DNA of 64,000 nucleotides from Eledone cirrhosa (taxonomy: Eukaryota), in NCBI GenBank assembly GCA_964016885.1, contig OZ024762.1:30690001-30754000 (forward strand), given 5' to 3'. The notes under the pieces are model-generated. The model searched no databases. It saw only the letters and a list, made by a program, of their open reading frames with translations, and was not told the DNA's origin. Made by a program: the position numbers and the translations under genes. Positions 1-12,802 of this stretch are shown piece by piece (position 1 is the stretch's first letter; every line of letters starts with the position of its first letter).

Positions 1-2402
1 TAACTCCAATGTTGGTGAGAATTCATTTAAGTTCATGGTATTAGCTGTCAGAAGGAACTCCACTGTTGGTGAGAATTCATTTAAGTTTATGGTATTAGCT
101 GTCAGAAGTAACTCCACTGTTGGTGAGAATTCATTTAAGTTCATGGTATTAGCTGTCAGAAGTAACTCCACTGTTGGTGAGAATTCATTTAAGTTCATGG
201 TACTAGCTGTCAGAGGTAACTCCACTGTTGGTGAGAATTCATTTAAGTTTATTTTATTAGCTGTCAGAAGGAACGCCACTGTTGGTGAGAATTCATTTAA
301 GTTCATGGTATTAGCTGTCAGAAGTAGCTCCACTGTTGGTGAGAATTCATTTAAGTTCATGGTACTAGCTGTCAGAAGTAACTCCAATGTTGGTGAGAAT
401 TCATTTAAGTTCATGGTATTAGCTGTCAGAAGGAACTCCACTGTTGGTGAGAATTCATTTAAGTTCATGGTATTAGCTGTCAGAAGTAACTCCACTGTTG
501 GTGAGAATTCATTTAAGTCATGGTATTAGTTGTCAGAAGTAACTCCAATGTTGGTGAGAATTCATTTAAGTTCATGGTACTAGCTGTCAGAAGTAACTCC
601 ACTGTTGGTGAGAATTCATTTAAGTTGATGGTATTAGCTGTCAGAAGGAACTCCACTGTTGGTGAGAATTCATTTAAGTTCATGGTACTAGCTGTCAGAA
701 GTAACTCCACTGTTGGTGAGAATTCATTTAAGTTCATGGTATTAGTTTGTCAGAAGTAACTCCACTGTTGGTGAGAATTCATTTAAGTCATGGTATTAGT
801 TGTCAGAAGTAACTCCAATGTTGGTGAGAATTCATTTAAGTCATGGTACTAGCTGTCAGAAGTAACTCCAATGTTGGTGAGAATTCATTTAAGTTCATGG
901 TATTAGCTGTCAGAAGGTACTCCACTGTTGGTGAGAATTCATTTAAGTTCATGGTATTAGCTGTCAGAAGTAACTCCACTGTTGGTCAGAATTCATTTAA
1001 GTTCATGGTACTAGCTGTCAGAAGTAACTCCAATGTTGGTGAGAATTCATTTAAGTTCATGGTATTAGCTGTCAGAAGTAACTCCACTGTTGGTGAGAAT
1101 TCATTTAAGTCATGTTATTAGCTGTCAGAAGTAACTCCAATGTTGGTGAGAATTCATTTAAGTTCATGGTATTAGCTGTCAGAAGTAACTCCACTGTTGG
1201 TGAGAATTCATTTAAGTTCATGGTATTAGCTGTCAGAAGTAACTCCACTGTTGGTGAGAATTCATTTAAGTTCATGGTACTAGCTGTCAGAAGTAACTCC
1301 ACTGTTGGTGAGAATTCATTTAAGTTCATGGTATTAGTTTGTCAGAAGTAACTCCAATGTTGGTGAGAATTCATTTAAGTCATGTTATTAGTTGTCAGAA
1401 GTAACTCCAATGTTGGTGAGAATTCATTTAAGTCATGGTACTAGCTGTCAGAAGTAACTCCACTGTTGGTGAGAATTCATTTAAGTCATGGTACTAGCTG
1501 TCAGAAGTAACTCCACTGTTGGTGAGAATTCATTAAATTCATGGTATTAGCTGTCAGAAGTAACTCCACTGTTGGTGAGAATTCATTTAAGTCATGGTAT
1601 TAGTTGTCAGAAGTAACTCCAATGTTGGTGAGAATTCATTTAAGTTCATGGTACTAGCTGTCAGAAGTAACTCCACTGTTGGTGATAATTCATTTAAGTT
1701 CATGGTGTTAGCTGTCAGAAGTAACTCCACTGTTGGTGAGAATTCATTTAAGTCATGGTATGTATTAGCTGTCAGAAGTAACTCCATTGTTGGTGAGAAT
1801 TCATTTAAGTCATGGTACTAGCTGTCAGAAGTAACTCCACTGTTGGTGAGAATTCATTTAAGTTGATGGTATTAGCTGTCAGAAGGAACTCCACTGTTGG
1901 TGAGAATTCATTTAAGTCATGGTACTAGCTGTCAGAAGTAACTCCACTGTTGGTGAGAATTCATTTAAGTTCATGGTATTAGTTTGTCAGAAGTAACTCC
2001 ACTGTTGGTGAGAATTCATTTAAGTCATGGTACTAGCTGTCAGAAGTAACTCCATTGTTGGTGAGAATTCATTTAAGTCATGGTACTAGCTGTCAGAAGT
2101 AACTCCAATGTTGGTGAGAATTCATTTAAGTTCATGGTATTAGCTGTCAGAAGGAACTCCACTGTTGGTGAGAATTCATTTAAGTTCATGGTATTAGCTG
2201 TCAGAAGTAACTCCACTGTTGGTGAGAATTCATTTAAGTTCATGGTATTAGCTGTCAGAAGTAATTCCACTGTTGGTGAGAATTCATTTAAGTTCATGGT
2301 ACTAGCTGTGAGAGGTAACTCCACTGTTGGTGAGAATTCATTTAAGTTCATGGTATTAGCTGTCAGAAGTAACTCCACTGTTGGTGAGAATTCATTTAAG
2401 TC

Positions 2403-4452
2403 ATGGTATTAGCTGTCAGAAGTAACTCCATTGTTGGTGAGAATTCATTTAAGTTCATGGTATTAGCTGTCAGAAGTAACTCCACTGTTGGTGAGAATTC
2501 ATTTAAGTTCATGGTACCAGCTGTCAGAAGTAACTCCACTGTTGGTGAGAATTCATTTAAGTTCATGGTACTAGCTGTCAGAAGTAACTCCAATGTTGGT
2601 GAGAATTCATTTAAATTCATGGTATTAGCTGTCAGAAGTAACTCCACTGTTGGTGAGAATTCATTTAAGTTCATGGTACTAGCTGTCAGAAGCAACTCCA
2701 CTGTTGGTGAGAATTTATTTAAGTTCATGGTATTAGCTGTCAGAAGTAACTCCACTGTTGGTGAGAATTCATTTAAGTTCATGGTACTAGCTGTCAGAAG
2801 TAACCCCAATGTTGGTGAGAATTCATTTAAGTTCATGGTATTAGCTGTCAGAAGTCACTCCAATGTTGGTGAGAATTCATTTAAGTTCATGGTATTAGCT
2901 GTCAGAAGTCACTCCACTGTTGGTGAGAATTCATTTAAGTTCATGGTACTAGCTGTCAGAAGTAACCCCAATGTTGGTGAGAATTCATTTAAGTTCATGG
3001 TATTAGCTGTCAGAAGTCACTCCAATGTTGGTGAGAATTCATTTAAGTTCATGGTATTAGCTGTCAGAAGTAACTCCACTGTTGGTGAGAATTCATTTAA
3101 GTTCATGGTATTAGCTGTCAGAAGTAACTCCACTGTTGGTGAGAATTCATTTAAGTTCATGGTATTAGCTGTCAGAAGTAACTCCACTGTTGGTGAGAAT
3201 TCATTTAAGTTCATGGTATTAGCTGTCAGAAGGAACTCCAATGTTGGTGAGAATTCATTTAAGTCATGTTACTAGCTGTCAGAAGTAACTCCACTGTTGG
3301 TGAGAATTCATTTAAGTTCATTTTATTAGCTGTCAGAAGGAACGCCACTGTTGGTGAGAATTCATTTATGTTCATGGTATTAGCTGTCAGAAGTAACTCC
3401 ACTGTTGGTGAGAATTCATTTAAGTTCATGGTATTAGCTGTCAGAAGTAACTCCATTGTTGGTGAGAATTCATTTAAGTTCATGGTATTAGCTGTCAGAA
3501 GTAACTCCACTGTTGGTGAGAATTCATTTAAGTTCATGGTACCAGCTGTCAGAAGTAACTCCACTGTTGGTGAGAATTCATTTAAGTTCATGGTACTAGC
3601 TGTCAGAAGTAACTCCAATGTTGGTGAGAATTCATTTAAATTCATGGTATTAGCTGTCAGAAGTAACTCCACTGTTGGTGAGAATTCATTTAAGTTCATG
3701 GTACTAGCTGTCAGAAGCAACTCCACTGTTGGTGAGAATTTATTTAAGTTCATGGTATTAGCTGTCAGAAGTAACTCCACTGTTGGTGAGAATTCATTTA
3801 AGTTCATGGTACTAGCTGTCAGAAGTAACCCCAATGTTGGTGAGAATTCATTTAAGTTCATGGTATTAGCTGTCAGAAGTCACTCCAATGTTGGTGAGAA
3901 TTCATTTAAGTTCATGGTATTAGCTGTCAGAAGTCACTCCACTGTTGGTGAGAATTCATTTAAGTTCATGGTACTAGCTGTCAGAAGTAACCCCAATGTT
4001 GGTGAGAATTCATTTAAGTTCATGGTATTAGCTGTCAGAAGTCACTCCAATGTTGGTGAGAATTCATTTAAGTTCATGGTATTAGCTGTCAGAAGTAACT
4101 CCACTGTTGGTGAGAATTCATTTAAGTTCATGGTATTAGCTGTCAGAAGTAACTCCACTGTTGGTGAGAATTCATTTAAGTTCATGGTATTAGCTGTCAG
4201 AAGTAACTCCACTGTTGGTGAGAATTCATTTAAGTTCATGGTATTAGCTGTCAGAAGGAACTCCAATGTTGGTGAGAATTCATTTAAGTCATGTTACTAG
4301 CTGTCAGAAGTAACTCCACTGTTGGTGAGAATTCATTTAAGTTCATTTTATTAGCTGTCAGAAGGAACGCCACTGTTGGTGAGAATTCATTTAAGTTCAT
4401 GGTATTAGCTGTCAGAAGTAACTCCACTGTTGGTGAGAATTCATTTAAGTTC
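2403..4452. repeat. Local higher-order repeat: 2 x 1025 bp (19 monomers)
   Basis: Rare markers recur at +1025: ggtaccagct (~2513/3538), agcaac...gaatttattt (~2691/3716), and aagtcatgttactag followed by the ttttattag/aacgcc monomer (3266/4291). ORF ends are at 3275 and 4300. 1025 = 19x54-1. Confidence 0.93.
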
Positions 4453-6819
4453 ATGGTACTAGCTGTCAGAAGTAACTCCAATGTTGGTGAGAATTCATTT
4501 AAGTTCATGGTATTAGCTGTCAGAAGGAACTCCACTGTTGGTGAGAATTCATTTAAGTTCATGGTATTAGCTGTCAGAAGTAACTCCACTGTTGGTGAGA
4601 ATTCATTTAAGTCATGGTATTAGTTGTCAGAAGTAACTCCAATGTTGGTGAGAATTCATTTAAGTTCATGGTACTAGCTGTCAGAAGTAACTCCACTGTT
4701 GGTGAGAATTCATTTAAGTTGATGGTATTAGCTGTCAGAAGGAACTCCACTGTTGGTGAGAATTCATTTAAGTTCATGGTACTAGCTGTCAGAAGTAACT
4801 CCACTGTTGGTGAGAATTCACTTAAGTTCATGGTATTAGTTTGTCACAAGTAACTCCACTGTTGGTGAGAATTCATTTAAGTCATGGTATTAGTTGTCAG
4901 AAGTAACTCCAATGTTGGTGAGAATTCATTTAAGTCATTGTACTAGCTGTCAGAAATAACTCCAATGTTGGTGAGAATTCATTTAAGTTCATGGTATTAG
5001 CTGTCAGAAGGTACTCCACTGTTGGTGAGAATTCATTTAAGTTCATGGTATTAGCTGTCAGAAGTAACTCCACTGTTGGTGAGAATTCATTTAAGTTCAT
5101 GGTACTAGCTGTCAGAAGTAACTCCACTGTTGGTGAGAATTCATTTAAGTTCATGGTATTAGTTTGTCAGAAGTAACTCCAATGTTGGTGAGAATTCATT
5201 TAAGTCATGTTATTAGTTGTCAGAAGTAACTCCAATGTTGGTGAGAATTCATTTAAATCATGGTACTAGCTGTCAGAAGTAACTCCACTGTTGGTGAGAA
5301 TTCATTTAAGTCATGGTATTAGCTGTCAGAAGTAACTCCACTGTTGGTGAGAATTCATTTAAGTTCATGGTACTAGCTGTCAGAAGTAACTCCACTGTTG
5401 GTGAGAATTCATTTAAGTTCATGGTATTAGTTTGTCAGAAGTAACTCCAATGTTGGTGAGAATTCATTTAAGTCATGTTATTAGTTGTCAGAAGTAACTC
5501 CAATGTTGGTGAGAATTCATTTAAGTCATGGTACTAGCTGTCAGAAGTAACTCCAATGTTGGTGAGAATTCATTTAAGTTCATGGTATTAGCTGTCAGAA
5601 GTAACTCCACTGTTGGTGAGAATTCATTTAAGTTCATGGTATTAGCTGTCAAAAGTAACTACACTGTTGGTGAGAATTCATTTAAGTTCATGGTATTAGC
5701 TGTCAGAAGTAACTCCACTGTTGGTGAGAATTCATTTAAGTTCATGGTATTAGCTGTCAGAAGTAACTCCACTGTTGGTGAGAATTCATTTAAGTCATGG
5801 TACTAGCTGTCAGAAGTAACTCCACTGTTGGTGAGAATTCATTAAATTCATGGTATTAGCTGTCAGAAGTAACTCCACTGTTGGTGAGAATTCATTTAAG
5901 TCATGGTATTAGTTGTCAGAAGTAACTCCAATGTTGGTGAGAATTCATTTAAGTTCATGGTACTAGCTGTCAGAAGTAACTCCACTGTTGGTGAGAATTC
6001 ATTTAAGTTCATGGTATTAGCTGTCAGAAGTAACTCCACTGTTGGTGAGAATTCATTTAAGTCATGGTATGTATTAGCTGTCAGAAGTAACTCCATTGTT
6101 GGTGAGAATTCATTTAAGTCATGGTACTAGCTGTCAGAAGTAACTCCACTGTTGGTGAGAATTCATTTAAGTTGATGGTATTAGCTGTCAGAAGGAACTC
6201 CACTGTTGGTGAGAATTCATTTAAGTTCATGGTCCTAGCTGTCAGAAGTAACTCCACTGTTGGTGAGAATTCATTTAAGTTCATGGTATTAGTTTGTCAG
6301 AAGTAACTCCACTGTTGGTGAGATTTCATTTAAGTCATGGTATTAGTTGTCAGAAGTAACTCCAATGTTGGTGAGAATTCATTTAAGTCATGGTACTAGC
6401 TGTCAGAAGTAACTCCAATGTTGGTGAGAATTCATTTAAGTTCATGGTATTAGCTGTCAGAAGGAACTCCACTGTTGGTGAGAATTCATTTTAGTTCATG
6501 GTATTAGCTGTCAGAAGTAACTCCACTGTTGGTGAGAATTCATTTAAGTTCATGGTATTAGCTGTCAGAAGTAACTCCACTGTTGGTGAGAATTCATTTA
6601 AGTTCATGGTACTAGCTGTCAGAGGTAACTCCACTGTTGGTGAGAATTCATTTAAGTTCATGGTATTAGCTGTCAGAAGTAACTCCACTGTTGGTGAGAA
6701 TTCATTTAAGTCATGGTATTAGCTGTCAGAAGTAACTCCATTGTTGGTGAGAATTCATTTAAGTCATGGTACTAGCTGTCAGAAGTAACTCCACTGTTGG
6801 TGAGAATTCATTTAAGTTC

Positions 6820-9800
6820 ATGGTACTAGCTGTCAGAAGTAACTCCACTGTTGGTGAGAATTCATTTAAGTTCATGGTACTAGCTGTCAGAAGTAACTCC
6901 ACTGTTGGTGAGAATTCATTTAAGTTCATGGTACTAGCTGTCAGAAGTAACTCCAATGTTGGTGAGAATTCATTTAAATTCATCGTATTAGCTGTCAGAA
7001 GTAACTCCACTGTTGGTGAGAATTCATTTAAGTTCATGGTACTAGCTGTCAGAAGTAACCCCAATGTTGGTGAGAATTCATTTAAGTTCATGGTATTAGC
7101 TGTCAGAAGTCACTCCAATGTTGGTGAGAATTCATTTAAGTTCATGGTATTAGCTGTCAGAAGTAACTCCACTGTTGGTGAGAATTCATTTAAGTTCATG
7201 GTATTAGCTGTCAGAAGTAACTCCACTGTTGGGGAGAATTCATTTAAGTTCATGGTATTAGCTGTCAGAAGTAACTCCACTGTTGGTGAGAATTCATTTA
7301 AGTTGATGGTATTAGCTGTCAGAAGGAACTCCACTGTTGGTGAGAATTCATTTAAGTTCATGGTACTAGCTGTCAGAAGTAACTCCACTGTTGGTGAGAA
7401 TTCATTTAAGTTCATGGTATTAGTTTGTCAGAAGTAACTCCACTGTTGGTGAGAATTCATTTAAGTCATGGTATTAGTTGTCAGAAGTAACTCCAATGTT
7501 GGTGAGAATTCATTTAAGTCATGGTACTAGCTGTCAGAAGTAACTCCAATGTTGGTGAGAATTCATTTAGGTTCATGGTATTAGCTGTCAGAAGGAACTC
7601 CACTGTTGGTGAGAATTCATTTAAGTTCATGGTATTAGCTGTCAGAAGTAACTCCACTGTTGGTGAGAATTCATTTAAGTTCATGGTACTAGCTGTCAGA
7701 AGTAACTCCAATGTTGGTGAGAATTCATTTAAGTTCATGGTATTAGCTGTCAGAAGTAACTCCACTGTTGGTGAGAATTCATTTAAGTCATGGTATTAGC
7801 TGTCAGAAGTAACTCCAATGTTGGTGAGAATTCATTTAAGTTCATGGTATTAGCTGTCAGAAGTAACTCCACTGTTGGTGAGAATTCATTTAAGTTCATG
7901 GTACTAGCTGTCAGAAGTAACTCCACTGTTGGTGAGAATTCATTTAAGTTCATGGTATTAGTTTGTCAGAAGTAACTCCACTGTTGGTGAGAATTCATTT
8001 AAGTCATGGTATTAGTTGTCAGAAGTAACTCCAATGTTGGTGAGAATTCATTTAAGTCATGGTACTAGCTGTTAGAAGTAACTCCACTGTTGGTGAGAAT
8101 TCATTTAAGTCATGGTACTAGCTGTCAGAAGGAACTCCACTGTTGGTGAGAATTCATTTAAGTTCATGGTATTAGCTGTCAGAAGTAACTCCACTGTTGG
8201 TGAGAATTCATTTAAGTTCATGGTACTAGCTGTCAGAAGTAACTCCAATGTTGGTGAGAATTCATTTAAGTTCATGGTATTAGCTGTCAGAAGTAACTCC
8301 ACTGTTGGTGAGAATTCATTTAAGTTGATGGTATTAGCTGTCAGAAAGAACTCCACTGTTGGTGAGAATTCATTTAAATTCATGGTACTAGCTGTCAGAA
8401 GTAACTCCACTGTTGGTGAGAATTCATTTAAGTTCATGGTATTAGTTTGTCAGAAGTAACTCCACTGTTGGTGAGAATTCATTTAAGTCATGGTATTAGT
8501 TGTCAGAAGTAACTCCAATGTTGGTGAGAATTCATTTAAGTCATGGTACTAGCTGTCAGAAGTAACTCCAATGTTGGTGAGAATTCATTTAAGTTCATGG
8601 TATTAGCTGTCAGAAGGAACTCCACTGTTGGTGAGAATTCATTTAAGTTCATGGTATTAGCTGTCAGAAGGAACTCCACTGTTGGTGAGAATTCATTTAA
8701 GTTCATGGTATAAGCTGTCAGAAGTAACTCAACTGTTGGTGAGAATTCATTTAAGTTCATGGTACTAGCTGTCAGAAGTAACTCCACTGTTGGTGAGAAT
8801 TCATTTAAGTTCATGGTACTAGCTGTCAGAAGTAACTCCACTGTTGGTGAGAATTCATTTAAGTTCATGGTACTAGCTGTCAGAAGTAACTCCAATGTTG
8901 GTGAGAATTCATTTAAATTCATGGTATTAGCTGTCAGAAGTAACTCCACTGTTGGTGAGAATTCATTTAAGTTCATGGTACTAGCTGTCAGAAGTAACCC
9001 CAATGTTGGTGAGAATTCATTTAAGTTCATGTTATTAGCTGTCAGAAGTCACTCCAATGTTGGTGAGAATTCATTTAAGTTCATGGTATTAGCTGTCAGA
9101 AGTAACTCCACTGTTGGTGAGAATTCATTTAAGTTCATGGTATTAGCTGTCAGAAGTAACTCCACTGTTGGGGAGAATTCATTTAAGTTCATGGTATTAG
9201 CTGTCAGAAGTAACTCCACTGTTGGTGAGAATTCATTTAAGTTGATGGTATTAGCTGTCAGAAGGAACTCCACTGTTGGTGAGAATTCATTTAAGTTCAT
9301 GATACTAGCTGTCAGAAGTAACTCCACTGTTGGTGAGAATTCATTTAAGTTCATGGTATTAGTTTGTCAGAAGTAACTCCACTGTTGGTGAGAATTCATT
9401 TAAGTCATGGTATTAGTTGTCAGAAGTAACTCCAATGTTGGTGAGAATTCATTTAAGTCATGGTACTAGCTGTCAGAAGTAACTCCAATGTTGGTGAGAA
9501 TTCATTTAGGTTCATGGTATTAGCTGTCAGAAGGAACTCCACTGTTGGTGAGAATTCATTTAAGTTCATGGTATTAGCTGTCAGAAGTAACTCCACTGTT
9601 GGTGAGAATTCATTTAAGTTCATGGTACTAGCTGTCAGAAGTAACTCCAATGTTGGTGAGAATTCATTTAAGTTCATGGTATTAGCTGTCAGAAGTAACT
9701 CCACTGTTGGTGAGAATTCATTTAAGTCATGGTATTAGCTGTCAGAAGTAACTCCAATGTTGGTGAGAATTCATTTAAGTTCATGGTATTAGCTGTCAGA

Positions 9801-10266
9801 AGTAACTCCACTGTTGGTGAGAATTCATTTAAGTTCATGGTACTAGCTGTCAGAAGTAACTCCACTGTTGGTGAGAATTCATTTAAGTTCATGGTATTAG
9901 TTTGTCAGAAGTAACTCCACTGTTGGTGAGAATTCATTTAAGTCATGGTATTAGTTGTCAGAAGTAACTCCAATGTTGGTGAGAATTCATTTAAGTCATG
10001 GTACTAGCTGTTAGAAGTAACTCCACTGTTGGTGAGAATTCATTTAAGTCATGGTACTAGCTGTCAGAAGGAACTCCACTGTTGGTGAGAATTCATTTAA
10101 GTTCATGGTATTAGCTGTCAGAAGTAACTCCACTGTTGGTGAGAATTCATTTAAGTTCATGGTACTAGCTGTCAGAAGTAACTCCAATGTTGGTGAGAAT
10201 TCATTTAAGTTCATGGTATTAGCTGTCAGAAGTAACTCCACTGTTGGTGAGAATTCATTTAAGTTC
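6820..10266. repeat. ~1.5 kb block (6820-8327) repeated at +1939 bp (36 monomers; 8759-10266)
   Basis: ORF pairs 7521/9460, 7790/9729, 8112/10051 and ends 7437/9376 are all offset by 1939 (=36x54-5). Shared rare variants are ggggagaatt (7231/9170), tttagg (~7566/9505) and gctgttagaa (~8068/10007). Confidence 0.88.
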
Positions 10267-12802
10267 ATGGTATTAGCTGTCAGAAGTAACTCCACTGTTG
10301 GTGAGAATTCATTTAAGTTCATGGTACTAGCTGTCAGAAGTAACTCCACTGTTGGTGAGAATTCATTTAAGTTCATGGTATTAGTTGTCAGAAGTAACTC
10401 CACTGTTGGTGAGAATTCATTTAAGTTCATGGTACTAGCTGTCAGAAGTAACTCCACTGTTGGTGAGAATTCATTTAAGTTCATGGTACTAGCTGTCAGA
10501 AGTAACTCCAATGTTGGTGAGAATTCATTTAAATTCATGGTATTAGCTGTAAGAAGTAACTCCACTGTTGGTGAGAATTCATTTTAGTTCATGGTACTAG
10601 CTGTCAGAAGCAACTCCACTGTTGATGAGAATTCATTTAAGTTCATGGTATTAGCTGTCAGAAGTAACTCCACTGTTGGTGAGAATTCATTTAAGTTCAT
10701 GGTGCTAGCTGTCAGAAGTAACCCCAATGTTGGTGAGAATTCATTTAAGTTCATGGTATTAGCTGTCAGAAGTCACTCCAATGTTGGTGAGAATTCATTT
10801 AAGTTCATGGTATTAGCTGTCAGAAGTCACTCCACTGTTGGTGAGAATTCATTTAAGTTCATGGTACTAGCTGTCAGAAGTAACCCCAATGTTGGTGAGA
10901 ATTCATTTAAGTTCATGGTATTAGCTGTCAGAAGTCACTCCAATGTTGGTGAGAATTCATTTAAGTTCATGGTATTAGCTGTCAGAAGTAACTCCACTGT
11001 TGGTGAGAATTCATTTAAGTTAATGGTACTAGCTGTCAGAAGTAACCCCAATGTTGGTGAGAATTCATTTAAGTTCATGGTATTAGCTGTCAGAAGTCAC
11101 TCCAATGTTGGTGAGAATTCATTTAAGTTCATGGTATTAGCTGTCAGAAGTCACTCCACTGTTGGTGAGAATTCATTTAAGTTCATGGTACTAGCTGTCA
11201 GAAGTAACCCCAATGTTGGTGAGAATTCATTTAAGTTCATGGTATTAGCTGTCAGAAGTAACTCCACTGTTGGTGAGAATTCATTTAAGTTCATGGTATT
11301 AGCTGTCAGAAGTAACTCCACTGTTGGTGAGAATTCATTTAAGTTGATGGTATTAGCTGTCAGAAAGAACTCCACTGTTGGTGAGAATTCATTTAAGTTC
11401 ATGGTACTAGCTGTCAGAAGTAACTCCACTGTTGGTGAGAATTCATTTAAGTTCATGGTATTAGTTTGTCAGAAGTAACTCCACTGTTGGTGAGAGTTCA
11501 TTTAAGTCATGGTATTAGTTGTCAGAAGTAACTCCAATGTTGGTGAGAATTCATTTAAGTCATGGTACTAGCTGTCAGAAGTAACTCCAATGTTGGTGAG
11601 AATTCATTTAAGTTCATGGTATTAGCTGTCAGAAGGAACTCCACTGTTGGTGAGAATTCATTTAAGTTCATGGTATTAGCTGTCAGAAGGAACTCCACTG
11701 TTGGTGAGAATTCATTTAAGTTCATGGTATTAGCTGTCAGAAGTAACTCCACTGTTGGTGAGAATTCATTTAAGTTCATGGTACTAGCTGTCAGAAGTAA
11801 CTCCAATGTTGGTGAGAATTCATTTAAGTTCATGGTATTAGCTGTCAGAAGTAACTCCACTGTTGGTGAGAATTCATTTAAGTTCATGGTATTAGCTGTC
11901 AGAAGTAACTCCACTGTTGGTGAGAATTCATTTAAGTTCATGGTACTAGCTGTCAGAAGTAACTCCACTGTTGGTGAGAATTCATTTAAGTTCATGGTAT
12001 TAGTTGTCAGAAGTAACTCCACTGTTGCTGAGAATTCATTTAAGTTCATGGTACTAGCTGTCAGAAGAAACTCCACTGTTGGTGAGAATTCATTTAAGTT
12101 CATGGTACTAGCTGTCAGAAGGAACTCCAATGTTGGTGAGAATTCATTTAAATTCATGGTATTAGCTGTCAGAAGTAACTCCACTGTTGGTGAGAATTCA
12201 TTTAAGTTCATGGTACTAGCTGTCAGAAGTAACCCCAATGTTGGTGAGAATTCATTTAAGTTCATGGTATTAGCTGTCAGAAGTCACTCCAATGTTGGTG
12301 AGTATTCATTTAAGTTCATGGTATTAGCTGTCAGAAGTAACTCCACTGTTGGTGAGAATTCATTTAAGTTCATGGTACTAGCTGTCAGAAGTAACCCCAA
12401 TGTTGGTGAGAATTCATTTAAGTTCATGGTATTAGCTGTCAGAAGTCACTCCAATGTTGGTGAGAATTCATTTAAGTTCATGGTATTAGCTGTCAGAAGT
12501 AACTCCACTGTTGGTGAGAATTCATTTAAGTTCATGGTATTAGCTATCAGAAGTAACTCCACTGTTGGTGAGAATTCATTTAAGTTCATGGTATTAGTTT
12601 GTCAGAAGTAACTCCACTGTTGGTGAGAATTCATTTAAGTCATGGTATTAGTTGTCAGAAGTAACTCCAATGTTGGTGAGAATTCATTTAAGTCATGGTA
12701 CTAGCTGTCAGAAGTAACTCCAATGTTGGTGAGAATTCATTTAGGTTCATGGTATTAGCTGTCAGAAGGAACTCCACTGTTGGTGAGAATTCATTTAAGT
12801 TC

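Noticed and set aside
205-245. Faint resemblance of TGTCAGAGGT / GGTGAGAATTC to the SSU rRNA motif TGTCAGAGGTGAAATTC, or to a tRNA/SINE box
   Set aside because: The matches are only ~10 nt and non-contiguous. There is no cloverleaf, no A/B box pair and no extended rRNA similarity.
740-900. Programmed frameshift or phase-variation reading of the +1/-1 indels
   Set aside because: The +1 variant leads directly to a TAA stop, the indels lie in 2-3 nt T runs, and they are inherited with duplicated blocks. There is no gene to switch.
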